A stretch of DNA of 64,000 nt from Planctomycetaceae bacterium (GCA_028284885.1 JANQQW010000082.1:4926-68925), one strand, 5' to 3'; positions 26,622 to 36,777 are shown, counted from the first letter of the stretch. Program-made: numbers and translations. The notes: generated by a model from the sequence alone, not told the origin.

Positions 26622-27887
26622 ATGTCGCGTGATCTCGAACTCGCTCCCGTGGAAGTCGTCGCGACACAGGCCGTCGCCGAGGCGGAGGCCGAGTCGTCGG
26701 ACGTTCCGGCGATCGACTTCGCGGAGCACGCGGACTTCGCCGACGAACAGGACGACACGTCCGGCGACTGGGCCGTACCGCCCTTCCCGTCGCCGTTCGA
26801 GCGACCGTTCGCCACGGTCGGGTGGATCGGAGCACGCTGCTACGGGATCGCGAGTCTCGTGCTGTTTCTGGCGGTCGTGGCGGCCGTTCCCATCCTGAAC
26901 CTCTACGCTCTGGGGTACCTGCTCGAGGCGGAGGGGCGGGTCGGACGGAGCGGCCGCATCCGCGACGGGTTCCCGATGCTGGGGCTGGCTCCCCGGTTCG
27001 GTTCGATCGTCGTCGCCTTCGGGATGTTCCTCCTGCCGGTCGCCCTGCTGAACGCCGCTGCACGGGACGCCGCCGTCATCGACCCGTCGTCGCCTGCCAC
27101 CGGGCGGATGGAGTCGTTCGCCGGGCTGTTCACCCTGTTCGTGGCCGTTCACCTCTGTCTCTCGCTGGCCCGCGGCGGCAAGTTCTCGAACTTCTTCCGG
27201 CCGATCAAGAACGTGCGGTGGCTGTGGCAACGGTGGCGGGAGCGGGACTACTGGGAGACGGCCGAACGGAACGTCGGTCGATTCGCCGCGGAGATGCGGC
27301 TTCGCCAGCGGTTCTGGCTGGGGGCCCGTGGCTGCGTCGTCGGGTTGGCGTGGTTGTTCGTCCCGGCGGCCCTGCTCGTCGCCCAGCCTGAGCATGCCGG
27401 GGCGACTTTCGTTCTCGCCGTCGTCGGATCGCTGTTGTTGATTCCCGTCGCGGCTTGGCTGCCATTCCTGCAGGCTCGGTTCGCGGCCGAGGACCGGCTC
27501 TCCGCGGGCTTCGAACTGAAGACCGTTCGACACGCGTTCCGGCGGGCCCCGCTCTGCTGGCTGCTGGCGGTGCTGGTCGTCTACGTGCTCTCGCTGCCGT
27601 TGTACCTGCTGAAGATCGCCGCGCTGCCGGGTGACGCTCGCTGGATGGCGACGACGGTGTTCGTCGTCAGCATGTGGCCGGCCCGGTTGATCGTGGGCTG
27701 GGCGTACGGGCAGGCGATGCTCCGCGACGAGCCGGCCCACTTCCTGTGGCGGTGGGGCGACTGGCTGCTGATGATGCCGCTGCTGACGGCGTACGTCTTC
27801 CTGCTCTACTTCACCCGTTTCGCGGCGGAACACGGCCGCTTCGAGCAGTTGCTGAACCACACGTTCCTGCTGCCGTCACCGCTGTAG
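26622..27887 (+). CDS. Polytopic membrane protein (hypothetical, possibly DUF4013-like)
   Basis: 421 aa from ATG 26622. An acidic N-terminus is followed by at least 8 hydrophobic segments (e.g. IASLVLFLAVVAAVPILNLYALGYLL). Confidence 0.65.
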   Translation: MSRDLELAPVEVVATQAVAEAEAESSDVPAIDFAEHADFADEQDDTSGDWAVPPFPSPFERPFATVGWIGARCYGIASLVLFLAVVAAVPILNLYALGYLLEAEGRVGRSGRIRDGFPMLGLAPRFGSIVVAFGMFLLPVALLNAAARDAAVIDPSSPATGRMESFAGLFTLFVAVHLCLSLARGGKFSNFFRPIKNVRWLWQRWRERDYWETAERNVGRFAAEMRLRQRFWLGARGCVVGLAWLFVPAALLVAQPEHAGATFVLAVVGSLLLIPVAAWLPFLQARFAAEDRLSAGFELKTVRHAFRRAPLCWLLAVLVVYVLSLPLYLLKIAALPGDARWMATTVFVVSMWPARLIVGWAYGQAMLRDEPAHFLWRWGDWLLMMPLLTAYVFLLYFTRFAAEHGRFEQLLNHTFLLPSPL

Positions 27888-27907
27888 GCCGAGATCGGAA
27901 GAACGGG

Positions 27908-28954
27908 TCACTGGTTGCCGTCGTCGCCGTTCGGAGCGACCGGAATGCGATCGAGCACGCCCGACTCCCCGACGACGACGAGCCCGCTCTTCCCGACCAC
28001 GACGACCCGTTGGCCGTCCGGCGAGGGGACGACGGGGCCGGTGGCGGACGAGAAGACCGGTCCGAGCTTCCGGGTGACGACGAGTTGCTTCGTCCCGTTG
28101 GTCCAGGTCACCGTCGCGTTGTCCCCGATTCCCTCCACCTCGACGCTCGCGCGGCCGACCTTCCAACGGGGTTTTCGGGCAGTGTCGCGAACGCGATGCT
28201 CGGCCGTCCTCGCCGTCGTGTCGAATCGGTACTCCCGCTTGCCGATCACCGTGACGAGGGTGTTCTCGCTCCACTCGCCGAACGGCCATCCCTCCTCCGC
28301 ATCGTCGTCATCCGACTTCGGCCCCTTCAGCAGATGCGAGTTCCCGTCCAGCGTGACGAAGTAGACGTCGTCCTCGTCGGAGTCGGCCGTCTTGGTGGCG
28401 AGGAACCCGGCTCCGTCGGGCCGCCACGGCGACGCCCCCAGCATGAAGGGCATCGCCGGGGCGAGTTCCTCGTGAACGGTGAACCGGCCTCCTGCGAAGT
28501 CGTGCAGCGCGACCGACGACTTGGTCGTCAACAGCACGTGCGACCCCTTCGGCGACCACTCCACGTAGGAGACCGTCGGCTCGGGCGTGCGGCTCTCGTC
28601 TTCGCTCGCCACCCAGACCAGGCTGTGCGTCCGCAGCGGTGTCCCGTCCGACTGGACGTAGTGCAGCGTCGTGCGGACGCGACGGCCGCCGTCTCCGACC
28701 GTCACCGACTCGGCGAACACAATCAGCCCGTCCTTCGCCCGCTGCGAGTAGACCGGCCAACAGTCGTCGCCGACCGCCTTCGTACGGACGACCTCCTTCG
28801 ACTCCCGCGTCGCGACGTCGTACCGCAGGATGCGGCCGTCTTGGTGCGAGTACAGGAACGACTTGGAGTCCGGTGCCCACTCGACGTGCGAGGCACAGCC
28901 GGCGAACCCCAGAACGCACAGTCCGAGGCAGCTGGTCAGGACGCGACACGACAT
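27908..28954 (-). CDS. Lipoprotein with beta-propeller-like repeats (TolB/WD40-like)
   Basis: Lipobox 'VLGFAGC'. Recurrent 'W(A/S)PDG/S..(F)L' blades ('EWAPDSKSFLY', 'EWSPKGSHVLL', 'PWRPDGAGFLA', 'VPSPDGQRVVV'). Confidence 0.7.
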   Translation of the reverse strand: MSCRVLTSCLGLCVLGFAGCASHVEWAPDSKSFLYSHQDGRILRYDVATRESKEVVRTKAVGDDCWPVYSQRAKDGLIVFAESVTVGDGGRRVRTTLHYVQSDGTPLRTHSLVWVASEDESRTPEPTVSYVEWSPKGSHVLLTTKSSVALHDFAGGRFTVHEELAPAMPFMLGASPWRPDGAGFLATKTADSDEDDVYFVTLDGNSHLLKGPKSDDDDAEEGWPFGEWSENTLVTVIGKREYRFDTTARTAEHRVRDTARKPRWKVGRASVEVEGIGDNATVTWTNGTKQLVVTRKLGPVFSSATGPVVPSPDGQRVVVVGKSGLVVVGESGVLDRIPVAPNGDDGNQ

Positions 28955-28993
28955 CGGAACGTCTCCGTTCGGAACGGTCCGATTGTACGTCGC

Positions 28994-29983
28994 TCAGCCG
29001 AGCAAGTCCTTCACCGTGTCCCGCTCCTCGCGAAGTTCGGCGAGCGTCGCGTCGATCTTCGCCTGGGCGAACTCGTCGTGCTCGAGGCCCTGCACGATGG
29101 AGTGCGTGCTGCCGTCACTGGTCAGCGGATAGCCGAAGATCAGCCCCTCGTCGACGCCGTAGCTGCCGTCGCTGCAGACGGCGTTGCTGAACGACTCGCC
29201 GGCCGGCGTCGGGTTCACCATGCTGACGAGGCTGTCGAGCGCCCCGTTCGCCGCCGACGCCGCGGAGGAAGCCCCACGGGCCTCGATGACGGCGGCCCCG
29301 CGCTTCTGCACCGTGCTGATGAACTCGCCCTTCAGCCAGTCGTGGTCGGTGATGACCTCGGGGGCGGGCGTGCCGTCGATGGTGGCGTGGAAGAAGTCGG
29401 GGAACTGCGTGGCCGAGTGGTTGCCCCAGATGGTCACGTTCTTCACCGCGGCGACCGGCTTGCCGGCCTTCTGGGCGAGTTGGGTCATCGCCCGGTTCTG
29501 GTCCAGCCGCGTCATCGCGTACCAGCGGTCGCGGGGGACGTCGGGGGCGTTGTGCATCGCGATCAGGCAGTTCGTGTTGCACGGGTTGCCGACGACGAGC
29601 ACCCGCACGTCCTTCGCGGCGGCCGCCTGAATCGCCTTGCCGGCGCTGGTGAAGATCGGGCCGTTCACGCGGATGAGGTCGCCCCGTTCCATCCCCTTCT
29701 TCCGCGGCACGCTGCCCACGCAGAGGACGTAGTTGCAGTCGGCGAAGCCGTCCTCGAGGTGGTCGCTGTCCGCCTTGACCACGCCGGCGAGCGTCGGGAA
29801 GGCACAGTCGTCGAGCTCCATCTCCACGCCGTCGAGAGCCGACAAGGCGGGCGGGATCTCGACGAGGTGCAGGACGACCGGCTGGTCCGGCCCGAAGATC
29901 GCACCGCTCGCGAGGCGGAACACGAGGGCGTAACCGATGTTCCCGGCGGCTCCGGTGACGGCGACGCGAATAGGCGGCTTCAT
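28994..29983 (-). CDS. mdh: Malate dehydrogenase (NAD-dependent, cytosolic/type-2 family)
   Basis: '[23 protein letters not shown]...[10 protein letters not shown]...[14 protein letters not shown]', '[11 protein letters not shown]', '[12 protein letters not shown]'. GAAGGAAG lies upstream of ATG 29983. Confidence 0.93.
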   Translation of the reverse strand: MKPPIRVAVTGAAGNIGYALVFRLASGAIFGPDQPVVLHLVEIPPALSALDGVEMELDDCAFPTLAGVVKADSDHLEDGFADCNYVLCVGSVPRKKGMERGDLIRVNGPIFTSAGKAIQAAAAKDVRVLVVGNPCNTNCLIAMHNAPDVPRDRWYAMTRLDQNRAMTQLAQKAGKPVAAVKNVTIWGNHSATQFPDFFHATIDGTPAPEVITDHDWLKGEFISTVQKRGAAVIEARGASSAASAANGALDSLVSMVNPTPAGESFSNAVCSDGSYGVDEGLIFGYPLTSDGSTHSIVQGLEHDEFAQAKIDATLAELREERDTVKDLLG

Positions 29984-30189
29984 GGGACTTCCTTCGCTGG
30001 AACGACTCTCTGGGTGATGCACGGGGTCGAGCGCCGCCGTTTGTAGCCGCTGCCGAGTCGAGCGGCAACCAGCCACGGGCCCGGTTCGGAAGGTCCTGAC
30101 GATTCGCGAACTTCCGCCGCGATTCCGTGTCGTTTCGGACGGCGAGAGCCGTTGTTCTCGCCCGCGAGGGTCGCTAGAGTCTCCTTCAT

Positions 30190-30262
<73 letters not shown>

Positions 30263-30267
30263 CTCTC

Positions 30268-30298
30268 GGCCCGTGGTGTCTCCACGGGCCCTTTTTCT
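30268..30298 (+). terminator. Rho-independent terminator after tRNA-Thr
   Basis: Perfect 9-bp stem GGCCCGTGG / CCACGGGCC, 5-nt loop, followed by CTTTTTCT. Confidence 0.8.
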
Positions 30299-30421
30299 GC
30301 GCAGCGAGCGGACACGAAGTCCGTGAGCGGAACGCGTGAGTCGAGTCGGCGTGCGGTGGCGGAGCCACGGGCCTGCCGAGCGAGACGAACCAAGAACCTC
30401 CGCGGACCCCAGGCAGCGACG

Positions 30422-31498
30422 ATGTCCCTGTTCCGACCCGAGATCGACCGCATCGCGGGCTACGTCCCCGGCGAGCAGCCGCAGGAAACCGGCTGGACGA
30501 AGCTCAACACGAACGAGAACCCCTACCCCCCCTCGCCGCGGGTCGTCGAGGCGATCAAGCAGGCCGCGGAGGGACGACTGAACGTCTACCCGGACCCGCT
30601 CGCCCGCCGGTTCTGTCAGGTGGCCGCCGACCGGCTGGGGCTCGACCCCGACTGGATTCTCCCGGCGAACGGCAGCGACGAGAACCTGACGATCCTCGTC
30701 CGCTCGTTCGTCGACCCCGGTGAGACGATCGCCTACCCCTACCCCAGCTACGTGCTCTACGAGACGCTCGCCGACATTCAGGGGGCGAAGATCGAACGGA
30801 TGAACCTGCGGCCCGACTGGTCCTGGGACCACGAGGCGGCCGCGGAGACGGTGGCCCGGTCGAAGCTGGTCTTCGTTCCCAACCCGAACTCCCCCTCCGG
30901 CAACCGCTGGTCCGACGACGACGTCTTGCGATTGTGCCCCGAGGCCGGGATGCTCGTCCTCGACGAGGCGTACGGCGACTTCGCCGACGAACCGCACCGC
31001 GGGGAACTGCTGCAGTCGTCGGTCGGCGACCGGCTCGTCGTCACGCGGTCGTTCAGCAAGTCGTTCAGCCTGGCCGGCATTCGGTTCGGCTACGCCGTCG
31101 CCCATCCGGACCTGATCCGCGGGATGCGGAAGGTCAAGGACAGCTACAACTGCGACACGGTCAGCATCGCCGCCGCGACCGCCGCCCTCGAGGACTTCGA
31201 GGGGATGCGGTCGAACGTGGAGCGGGTTCGGCTCACGCGGGCCCGGTTGGCCACGGCCCTCGCGGAACTCGGATTCGACCCGGTCCCGAGTCAGTCGAAC
31301 TTCGTCTGGTGCACCCGGCCCGGCGGCGGGCACAGGGAACTCTACGAGGCGCTCAAGGACCGCAAGATCCTGATCCGCTACATGTCGTTCCCGGGAGCGG
31401 GAGCGGACACGGCGACGACGATCGACGGCCTGCGGATCACCGTCGGCACCGACGAGCAGATCGACACGTTCCTCGACGCGCTGCGGGAACTGGTCTGA
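30422..31498 (+). CDS. hisC: Histidinol-phosphate aminotransferase
   Basis: 'IAGYVPGEQP...KLNTNENPYPPSP', 'YPDP', 'VLDEAYGDF', 'RSFSKSFSLAGIRFGYAV' (PLP lysine). Start set at ATG 30422. Confidence 0.92.
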   Translation: MSLFRPEIDRIAGYVPGEQPQETGWTKLNTNENPYPPSPRVVEAIKQAAEGRLNVYPDPLARRFCQVAADRLGLDPDWILPANGSDENLTILVRSFVDPGETIAYPYPSYVLYETLADIQGAKIERMNLRPDWSWDHEAAAETVARSKLVFVPNPNSPSGNRWSDDDVLRLCPEAGMLVLDEAYGDFADEPHRGELLQSSVGDRLVVTRSFSKSFSLAGIRFGYAVAHPDLIRGMRKVKDSYNCDTVSIAAATAALEDFEGMRSNVERVRLTRARLATALAELGFDPVPSQSNFVWCTRPGGGHRELYEALKDRKILIRYMSFPGAGADTATTIDGLRITVGTDEQIDTFLDALRELV

Positions 31499-31507
31499 GG
31501 TCGCCGC

Positions 31508-32059
31508 TCAGTCGGAGACGCCCATCTCGCGTTTGAGCGCGGCGAGTTCCAAGTCGATCTCGCTCGACGCCTCCGGAACCCGCGCGTCGTCGTGCCGCGC
31601 CGCGCCGGAGCGCGCGTCCGTGTCGTCCGCCTCGGGCGTGCCGACTTCCGCTTGCTTCCGCAGCGCGTCCGCCAACCGCGCCTCCAGCGCCCGGAGCGTC
31701 GTCCGCAGGTGGTCCCGGGTGGCGATCGCCGACTGCAGCTGCTGTTCGAGACCGTCGACGACGGCTTGGCACTCCTGGCGGCGAATCAACGCGTTCCGCG
31801 CCCCGGCCTCGTCGTTCTTCTCGACGAGTGCCTTCGCCTCGTCCGTCCACTGGCCGATCTGTTTGCGGACTTCGCCGACCTCGGACTCCAGCTTCTGCAC
31901 GTTGCGGTCCGCCGTCCCGACGCTCCGCGTGGCTCCCTCGACCCCCTCCCGCATCTCGTCGGCGATCTCCGCGAGAGCGGCCACCGGATCCTCCTGCCCC
32001 TCGAGCAGGGCAGTCAGGTTGCAGGTCACGATCTCGGTCAGCCGGCTGAAGTAGGCCAT
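31508..32059 (-). CDS. PspA/IM30 family protein
   Basis: 'MAYFSRLTEIVTCNLTALLEGQEDPVAALAEIADEMREGV' followed by a long coiled coil ('ARNALIRRQECQAVVDGLEQQL'). Start set at ATG 32059. Confidence 0.8.
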   Translation of the reverse strand: MAYFSRLTEIVTCNLTALLEGQEDPVAALAEIADEMREGVEGATRSVGTADRNVQKLESEVGEVRKQIGQWTDEAKALVEKNDEAGARNALIRRQECQAVVDGLEQQLQSAIATRDHLRTTLRALEARLADALRKQAEVGTPEADDTDARSGAARHDDARVPEASSEIDLELAALKREMGVSD

Positions 32060-32209
32060 GTGTCGCAGTCCAAGGCGGGGTTGTCGGTGTGCTCGGGGCC
32101 CCGAGGCGGGGGAACGGCGCGCGTCCGGCCGTGGATCACGACCACGTTGGATTTCCACGCGGACGTCGCTCGGCTCCTCGGGACAATTGTTGCAATCGGT
32201 CGTCTCGCG

Positions 32210-32821
32210 TCACGTGCCGTCCGCTCCGCTGTCGGTGGTGATTCCGTACCGAGCCAGCCCGGCTCGCAGCTTCTCGCGCGCGAGCCGCAGCCGGCTCTTG
32301 CAGGTCGGCAACGGCACGTCGGTCGCCTCGGCCACCTCCGGCAGCGACATGCCGCTCGTGTGGTGCATCACGAACGTGATTCGCTGCTCGGTCGGCAGTT
32401 GGCCCAGCAGCTCGTCCACGATGTCGGCCAGCTCCGAGCCGTGGGCGACTTCCGGCGGCGAGAGCAGGTCCCCGGCGATCCGGGCCATCGCGTCGTCGGA
32501 CTCGTCGCGCGAGCCCTTGGCGGCGCGAATCAACGCGTCGTGCGACCGTTTGCGGTGGTCGTCGATCATCAGGTTGCGGGCCACGCGGTACATCCACGCC
32601 CGGAACTTCCCGCGGGGCAGGTAGTCCCAGGACTGGTTGTAGACCTTCAGCAGCGTCTCCTGCACGAGGTCCTCGGCCAGTTGCCGGTCTCGCGTGTTGC
32701 GGAGGAAGAAGCCGAACAGCTGGCCCTCGTAACGGCTCACCAGCGACGTGAACGCGGACTCGTCCCCCCCTTGGAGGGCGAGCATGTCGCGGTCGTCTTC
32801 GTTCAGCGGCGCGGCGGTCAC
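32210..32821 (-). CDS. ECF-type RNA polymerase sigma-70 family factor
   Basis: Region 2 'AEDLVQETLLKVY...FRAWMYRVARNLMIDDHR'. Region 4 'LPTEQRITFVMHHTSGMSLPEVAEATDVPLPTCKSRLRLAREKL'. Confidence 0.9.
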   Translation of the reverse strand: MTAAPLNEDDRDMLALQGGDESAFTSLVSRYEGQLFGFFLRNTRDRQLAEDLVQETLLKVYNQSWDYLPRGKFRAWMYRVARNLMIDDHRKRSHDALIRAAKGSRDESDDAMARIAGDLLSPPEVAHGSELADIVDELLGQLPTEQRITFVMHHTSGMSLPEVAEATDVPLPTCKSRLRLAREKLRAGLARYGITTDSGADGT

Positions 32822-32944
32822 GAACCGGCGGATCCGGGAAGCGGAGTGGTCGGCACTCGCCGGGCCGCATTGACCGCCCGACGACCGGTCCTACTATACG
32901 GCGAGACTCCCGTGGCGGGAACGTCCGCCCGATCCCCGACGACC

Positions 32945-34183
32945 GTGACCGAAGTGAACGCGACGAACCGACAACTCCACTACGGGCGAGGCAACTCGTT
33001 CCAGTGCGACCTCGAGGCGGACCGAGTGGTCGCCGTGCTCGAAGCCCCTCGAGCGGCGCCGCGGCTGGAGGCCGAGGTGGCGACGGCCCTCGAACACCCC
33101 GTGGAGTTTCCGCCCCTCTCCCGAGCCGTCGTCCCGGGCGACCGCGTGGCGATCGCACTCGACGTGGACACGCCGGGCGACGCCGAGATCGTCGCGGCGC
33201 TCTGGGGCGTGCTGTCGAACGCCGGCATCGAGGCGGAGGACCTGATGGTCGTCCAGCCGGTCTCGCCGCTGAACGGCCACGCCCCGGACCCGCGACGCGG
33301 TCTGCCGACCGACGTCCGCGAGGCCGCCCCCTGGATCCGACACGATCCCGAGGACCGCGACCGGCACTCGTACCTGGCGAACGCCGCCTCCGGCGAGCGG
33401 GTCTACCTCGCTCGCGAGATCGTCGAGGCGGACGTCGTGCTCTCCGTCGGAACGGTCGGGTACGACTCGCTGATCGGCTACCGCGGGACGAACAGCGTGC
33501 TCTACCCGGCCCTCTCGAACACCGAGGCGGCCGCCCGGGCCCGCGGTCGCGGGCACGAGGAACTCGACCCGGACGACCAGCGGCCGCTGCGGCAACTTGC
33601 CGACGAGATCGGCTGGCTGCTCGGCTCGATGTTCACGGTTCAAGTCGTGCCGGCGGCGGGCGACGGGGCTTCGCACGTCGTCGCCGGCGCCTGCGAGCCG
33701 ACGTTCGGACTCGCGAAGCACTACCTCAACCAGCACTGGCGAATCGAACTCGACGAACGCCCGGACGCCGTGGTGGCCGCCGTCGACGCGGACGCCGGCG
33801 GGCACGGCTGGCGACAGGTCGCCGCCGCGGCCGCCGCTGCACGAAACCTCGTCGCCAGCGGCGGGAAGATCGTGCTGCTCAGCGAGATCGACGAGCCGTT
33901 CGGCGAAGGGCTGAACCTCGTCGCCCGCTGCGAGTCCCCGGGCGACGCCCTCCGCCCGCTCCGCGAACTGGCCCCCGACGACTTCGTCGCCGCGACGCAG
34001 CTCGCCCGGGCCGCCTCGTGGGCCGACGTCTACCTCCTCAGCCGGCACGACCCGGCCGCGGTCGAGGACCTCGGGATCGTGCCGCTCGAAGGCCCCGAGG
34101 AGGTCGACCGCGTGCTGGCCGCGGTCGACTCCTGCGTGCTGCTGCAGTCGGCCCAGCACGTCTGCGGACGCATCCGGGGCTGA
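32945..34183 (+). CDS. LarA-like (DUF2088, lactate racemase N-terminal domain) protein
   Basis: 'VVPGDRVAIALDVDTP', 'ADVVLSVGTVGYDSLIGYRGTNSVLYPALS' resemble the nickel-pincer racemase N-domain. Only GTG starts are available (32945 or 32954). The upstream part of the 863-aa ORF is antisense to pspA and the sigma gene. Confidence 0.65.
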   Translation: MTEVNATNRQLHYGRGNSFQCDLEADRVVAVLEAPRAAPRLEAEVATALEHPVEFPPLSRAVVPGDRVAIALDVDTPGDAEIVAALWGVLSNAGIEAEDLMVVQPVSPLNGHAPDPRRGLPTDVREAAPWIRHDPEDRDRHSYLANAASGERVYLAREIVEADVVLSVGTVGYDSLIGYRGTNSVLYPALSNTEAAARARGRGHEELDPDDQRPLRQLADEIGWLLGSMFTVQVVPAAGDGASHVVAGACEPTFGLAKHYLNQHWRIELDERPDAVVAAVDADAGGHGWRQVAAAAAAARNLVASGGKIVLLSEIDEPFGEGLNLVARCESPGDALRPLRELAPDDFVAATQLARAASWADVYLLSRHDPAAVEDLGIVPLEGPEEVDRVLAAVDSCVLLQSAQHVCGRIRG

Positions 34184-34190
34184 GTGCGAT

Positions 34191-35298
34191 TCAGTCCTTC
34201 TGCATCGCCCACCGCAGGTGCTCCTCGAGGAACGGGTCGAGGTCGCCGTCGAGGACCGGCTGCGGGTTGCCCACCTTGTAGTTCGTGCGGGTGTCCTTCA
34301 CGAACTGGTCGGGGTGCAGCACGTAGTTGCGGGCCGTCTCGCCGCCGAAGCCGATCTTCGACTTCTCGCCGCGCCGGGCCGCGACCTCGGCCTCCTGCTT
34401 CTCGACCTCCAGCTGGTACAGCTTCGCCGTCAGCATCTTACGGGCGTTCGCCCGGTTCTGGTGCTGGCTGCGCTCGGTCTGGCAGTAGACGACCGTGTTC
34501 GTCTCGAGGTGCGTGAGCCGGATGGCGGACTCCGTCTTGTTGACGTGCTGCCCGCCGGCCCCGCCCGCCCGCATGGTGTCCTCGCGGACGTCCTTGTCCC
34601 AGTCGACGTCGATCTCGATCGTGTCGTCGAGGATGGGGGTCACGTCGACTGCGGCGAACGACGTCTGCCGACGGCCGGCCGAGTCGAACGGGCTGATGCG
34701 GATCAGCCGGTGGTTGCCGTTCTCGCCCTTCAGCCAGCCGTAGGCGTACGGGGCGTCGATCTGGATCGTCGCGTTGTGGATGCCGGCCTCCTCGCCGTCG
34801 GAACGGTCGAGCAGCGAGACCTTGTAGCCCTTCTTCTCGCCCCAGCGGAGGTACATGCGGAGCAGCATCTCCGCCCAGTCCATGCTGTCCGCTCCGCCCT
34901 CGCCCGCCTGGATGGCGACGTAGGCACCGTAGTGGTCCATCGAACCCGAGAGCATCGCCTGCAGCTCGGCCGCCTCGAGCTCTCTGTTCACCCGCTCGGC
35001 CGTTCGCTCGAGTTCCGGGACGCTGTCCGGATCCTCCTCGGCGAACTCCAGCAGCACGCCCATGTCGTCCGCGGCGGCCGAGAGGTCCTCCACCGGCTTG
35101 ATCGCCGACTTCAGAGCGCTCAACTCACCCACGATCTTCTGCGCGGACTCCTGGTTGTCCCAGAAGTCCGGCTGGGCCATCAGGCCGTTGATCTCCTCGA
35201 CGCGAGCCTCCTTGACCGGCAAGTCAAAGAGAGTCTCGCAGGTTGACGATGCGATCGATCAGGTCTTGGCAGGACTGCTTCAGTTCGGCTTCGAGCAT
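34191..35298 (-). CDS. prfB: Peptide chain release factor 2, with programmed +1 ribosomal frameshift
   Basis: ORF0 ATG 35298...CTT (35229-35227), then TGA (35226-35224); slippery CTT TGA C. The +1 frame continues GAC 35225... to stop 34191. 'SPF' ([16 protein letters not shown]) and 'GGQ' ([15 protein letters not shown]) motifs. Total about 368 aa. Confidence 0.93.
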
Positions 35299-35307
35299 GG
35301 TGGGGAA

Positions 35308-35382
35308 GTTGGTAGTGGGTAGTTGGTAGTGGGTGGGAGTTGGGTGCGGCGGCGATAGTGGGGCTTGCTACCCACTACCAAC
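35308..35382. repeat. Tandem plus inverted repeat hairpin between ugd and prfB
   Basis: GTTGGTAGTGGGTA occurs twice in tandem (35308-35335). The exact 15-nt complement CTACCCACTACCAAC is at 35368-35382. The element is embedded in a 50-nt C-free run followed by a 30+ nt G-free run. Confidence 0.75.
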
Positions 35383-35388
35383 CATCCA

Positions 35389-36696
35389 CTACCCACTCTT
35401 CAGTCCAATGCCGTCGTAGTGGAAGCCGAGGTCGGCCATCTTCTTCGTGTCGTACAGGTTGCGGCCGTCGAAGACGACCGGTTCCGACAGCTTGGACTTC
35501 ACGACGTCGAAGTCGGGGTTCCGGAACTCGTTCCACTCGGTGCAGATCGCCAGGCAGTCGGCCCCGTCCAGCGTCTCCTCCGGCGTGTCGCAGTAGGTCA
35601 CGACGTCGCCGATCTCCTTGCGGACGTTGTCCATCGCGACGGGGTCGTGCACGCGGACGCCGACCCCGGCGTTCAGGAGGCTCCGCACGAGTTCGAGTGC
35701 CGGGGCCTCGCGGATGTCGTCGGTTCGCGGCTTGAAGGACAAGCCCCAGACGGCGACGGTTCGCCCGGAAAGCTCGCCGCCGAAGTGCTCGTCGATCTTG
35801 CGGAAGAGGACGTGCTTCTGACGGGTGTTGACCGAGTCGACCGCATCGAGCAGGTGCGTCTCGTAGGCGTGCTGCTCGGCGACCGCCATCAGGGCCCGGA
35901 CGTCCTTCGGGAAGCAGCTGCCGCCGTAGCCGACGCCGGGGAACAGGAACTGGAAGCCGATCCGCTGGTCGTGACCGATGCCGCGGCGGACGTCGTTCAC
36001 GTCGGCCCCGACGAGCTCGCAGAGGTTGGCCATCTCGTTGATGAAGCTGATCTTCGTCGCCAGCATGCAGTTGGCGACGTACTTGATCATCTCCGCCGAC
36101 TCGAGCCCGGTGACGAGGAACGGCCGTTCAGTTCGGAGGAACGGGGCGTGGAGATCGCGGAGCGGCTCGGCGTGGGCCGGGTCCAGCACGCCGACGACGA
36201 CGCGGTCCGGCTTCGTGAAGTCGTCGATCGCCGCCCCTTCCTTGAGGAACTCGGGGTTGCTGGCGACCTTCTGCTCGCGGCCCGTCTCTTTCTTCAGCCG
36301 CTCGTAGACCTTGCGATTCGTGCCGACCGGGACGGTGCTCTTGGTGACGACGAGTGCGTCCTCGTCGAGGTGCGGGGCGAGGGAGTCGGTGACGGACCAG
36401 AGACCCTTCAGGTTGGCGGCTCCGTCGTCTCCCTGCGGGGTGCCGACCGCGATGAACACGACCTCGGCTCCGGGGACGGCCTCGGCGTAGTCGGTCGTGA
36501 AGTCGAGCCGCCCGGCCTTGGAGTTCCGGAGCACGAGTTCCTCGAGCCCAGGCTCGTAGATCGGAATGCGGCCTTTCCGCAGCGACTCGACCTTGTCCGG
36601 GTCGATGTCGACGCAGGTGACGTGGTTGCCGCTCTCGGCAAAGCAGGTCCCCGTGACCAGCCCGACGTAACCGGTTCCTATGACGGCAACTTTCAC
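35389..36696 (-). CDS. ugd: UDP-glucose 6-dehydrogenase
   Basis: '[22 protein letters not shown]', '[12 protein letters not shown]' catalytic Cys, '[17 protein letters not shown]'. GTG 36696 (VKVAVIG) chosen as start. Confidence 0.92.
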   Translation of the reverse strand: MKVAVIGTGYVGLVTGTCFAESGNHVTCVDIDPDKVESLRKGRIPIYEPGLEELVLRNSKAGRLDFTTDYAEAVPGAEVVFIAVGTPQGDDGAANLKGLWSVTDSLAPHLDEDALVVTKSTVPVGTNRKVYERLKKETGREQKVASNPEFLKEGAAIDDFTKPDRVVVGVLDPAHAEPLRDLHAPFLRTERPFLVTGLESAEMIKYVANCMLATKISFINEMANLCELVGADVNDVRRGIGHDQRIGFQFLFPGVGYGGSCFPKDVRALMAVAEQHAYETHLLDAVDSVNTRQKHVLFRKIDEHFGGELSGRTVAVWGLSFKPRTDDIREAPALELVRSLLNAGVGVRVHDPVAMDNVRKEIGDVVTYCDTPEETLDGADCLAICTEWNEFRNPDFDVVKSKLSEPVVFDGRNLYDTKKMADLGFHYDGIGLKSG

Positions 36697-36777
36697 GATG
36701 CGACTCTCGGAGGAAGCCCGAACTCGTTGGATCGCGGGATGATAGTGAGCGTGCTCGGCGGCGCGAAGAACAAGCCC

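Noticed and set aside
35299-35346. G-quadruplex potential (GGGG...GGG...GGG.GGG...GGG) on the plus strand upstream of prfB
   Set aside because: Two of the loops would be 11-12 nt, and the G-rich strand is the non-transcribed strand for both neighbouring genes. The inverted-repeat/hairpin interpretation explains the sequence better. It is kept only as a side note in the finding.
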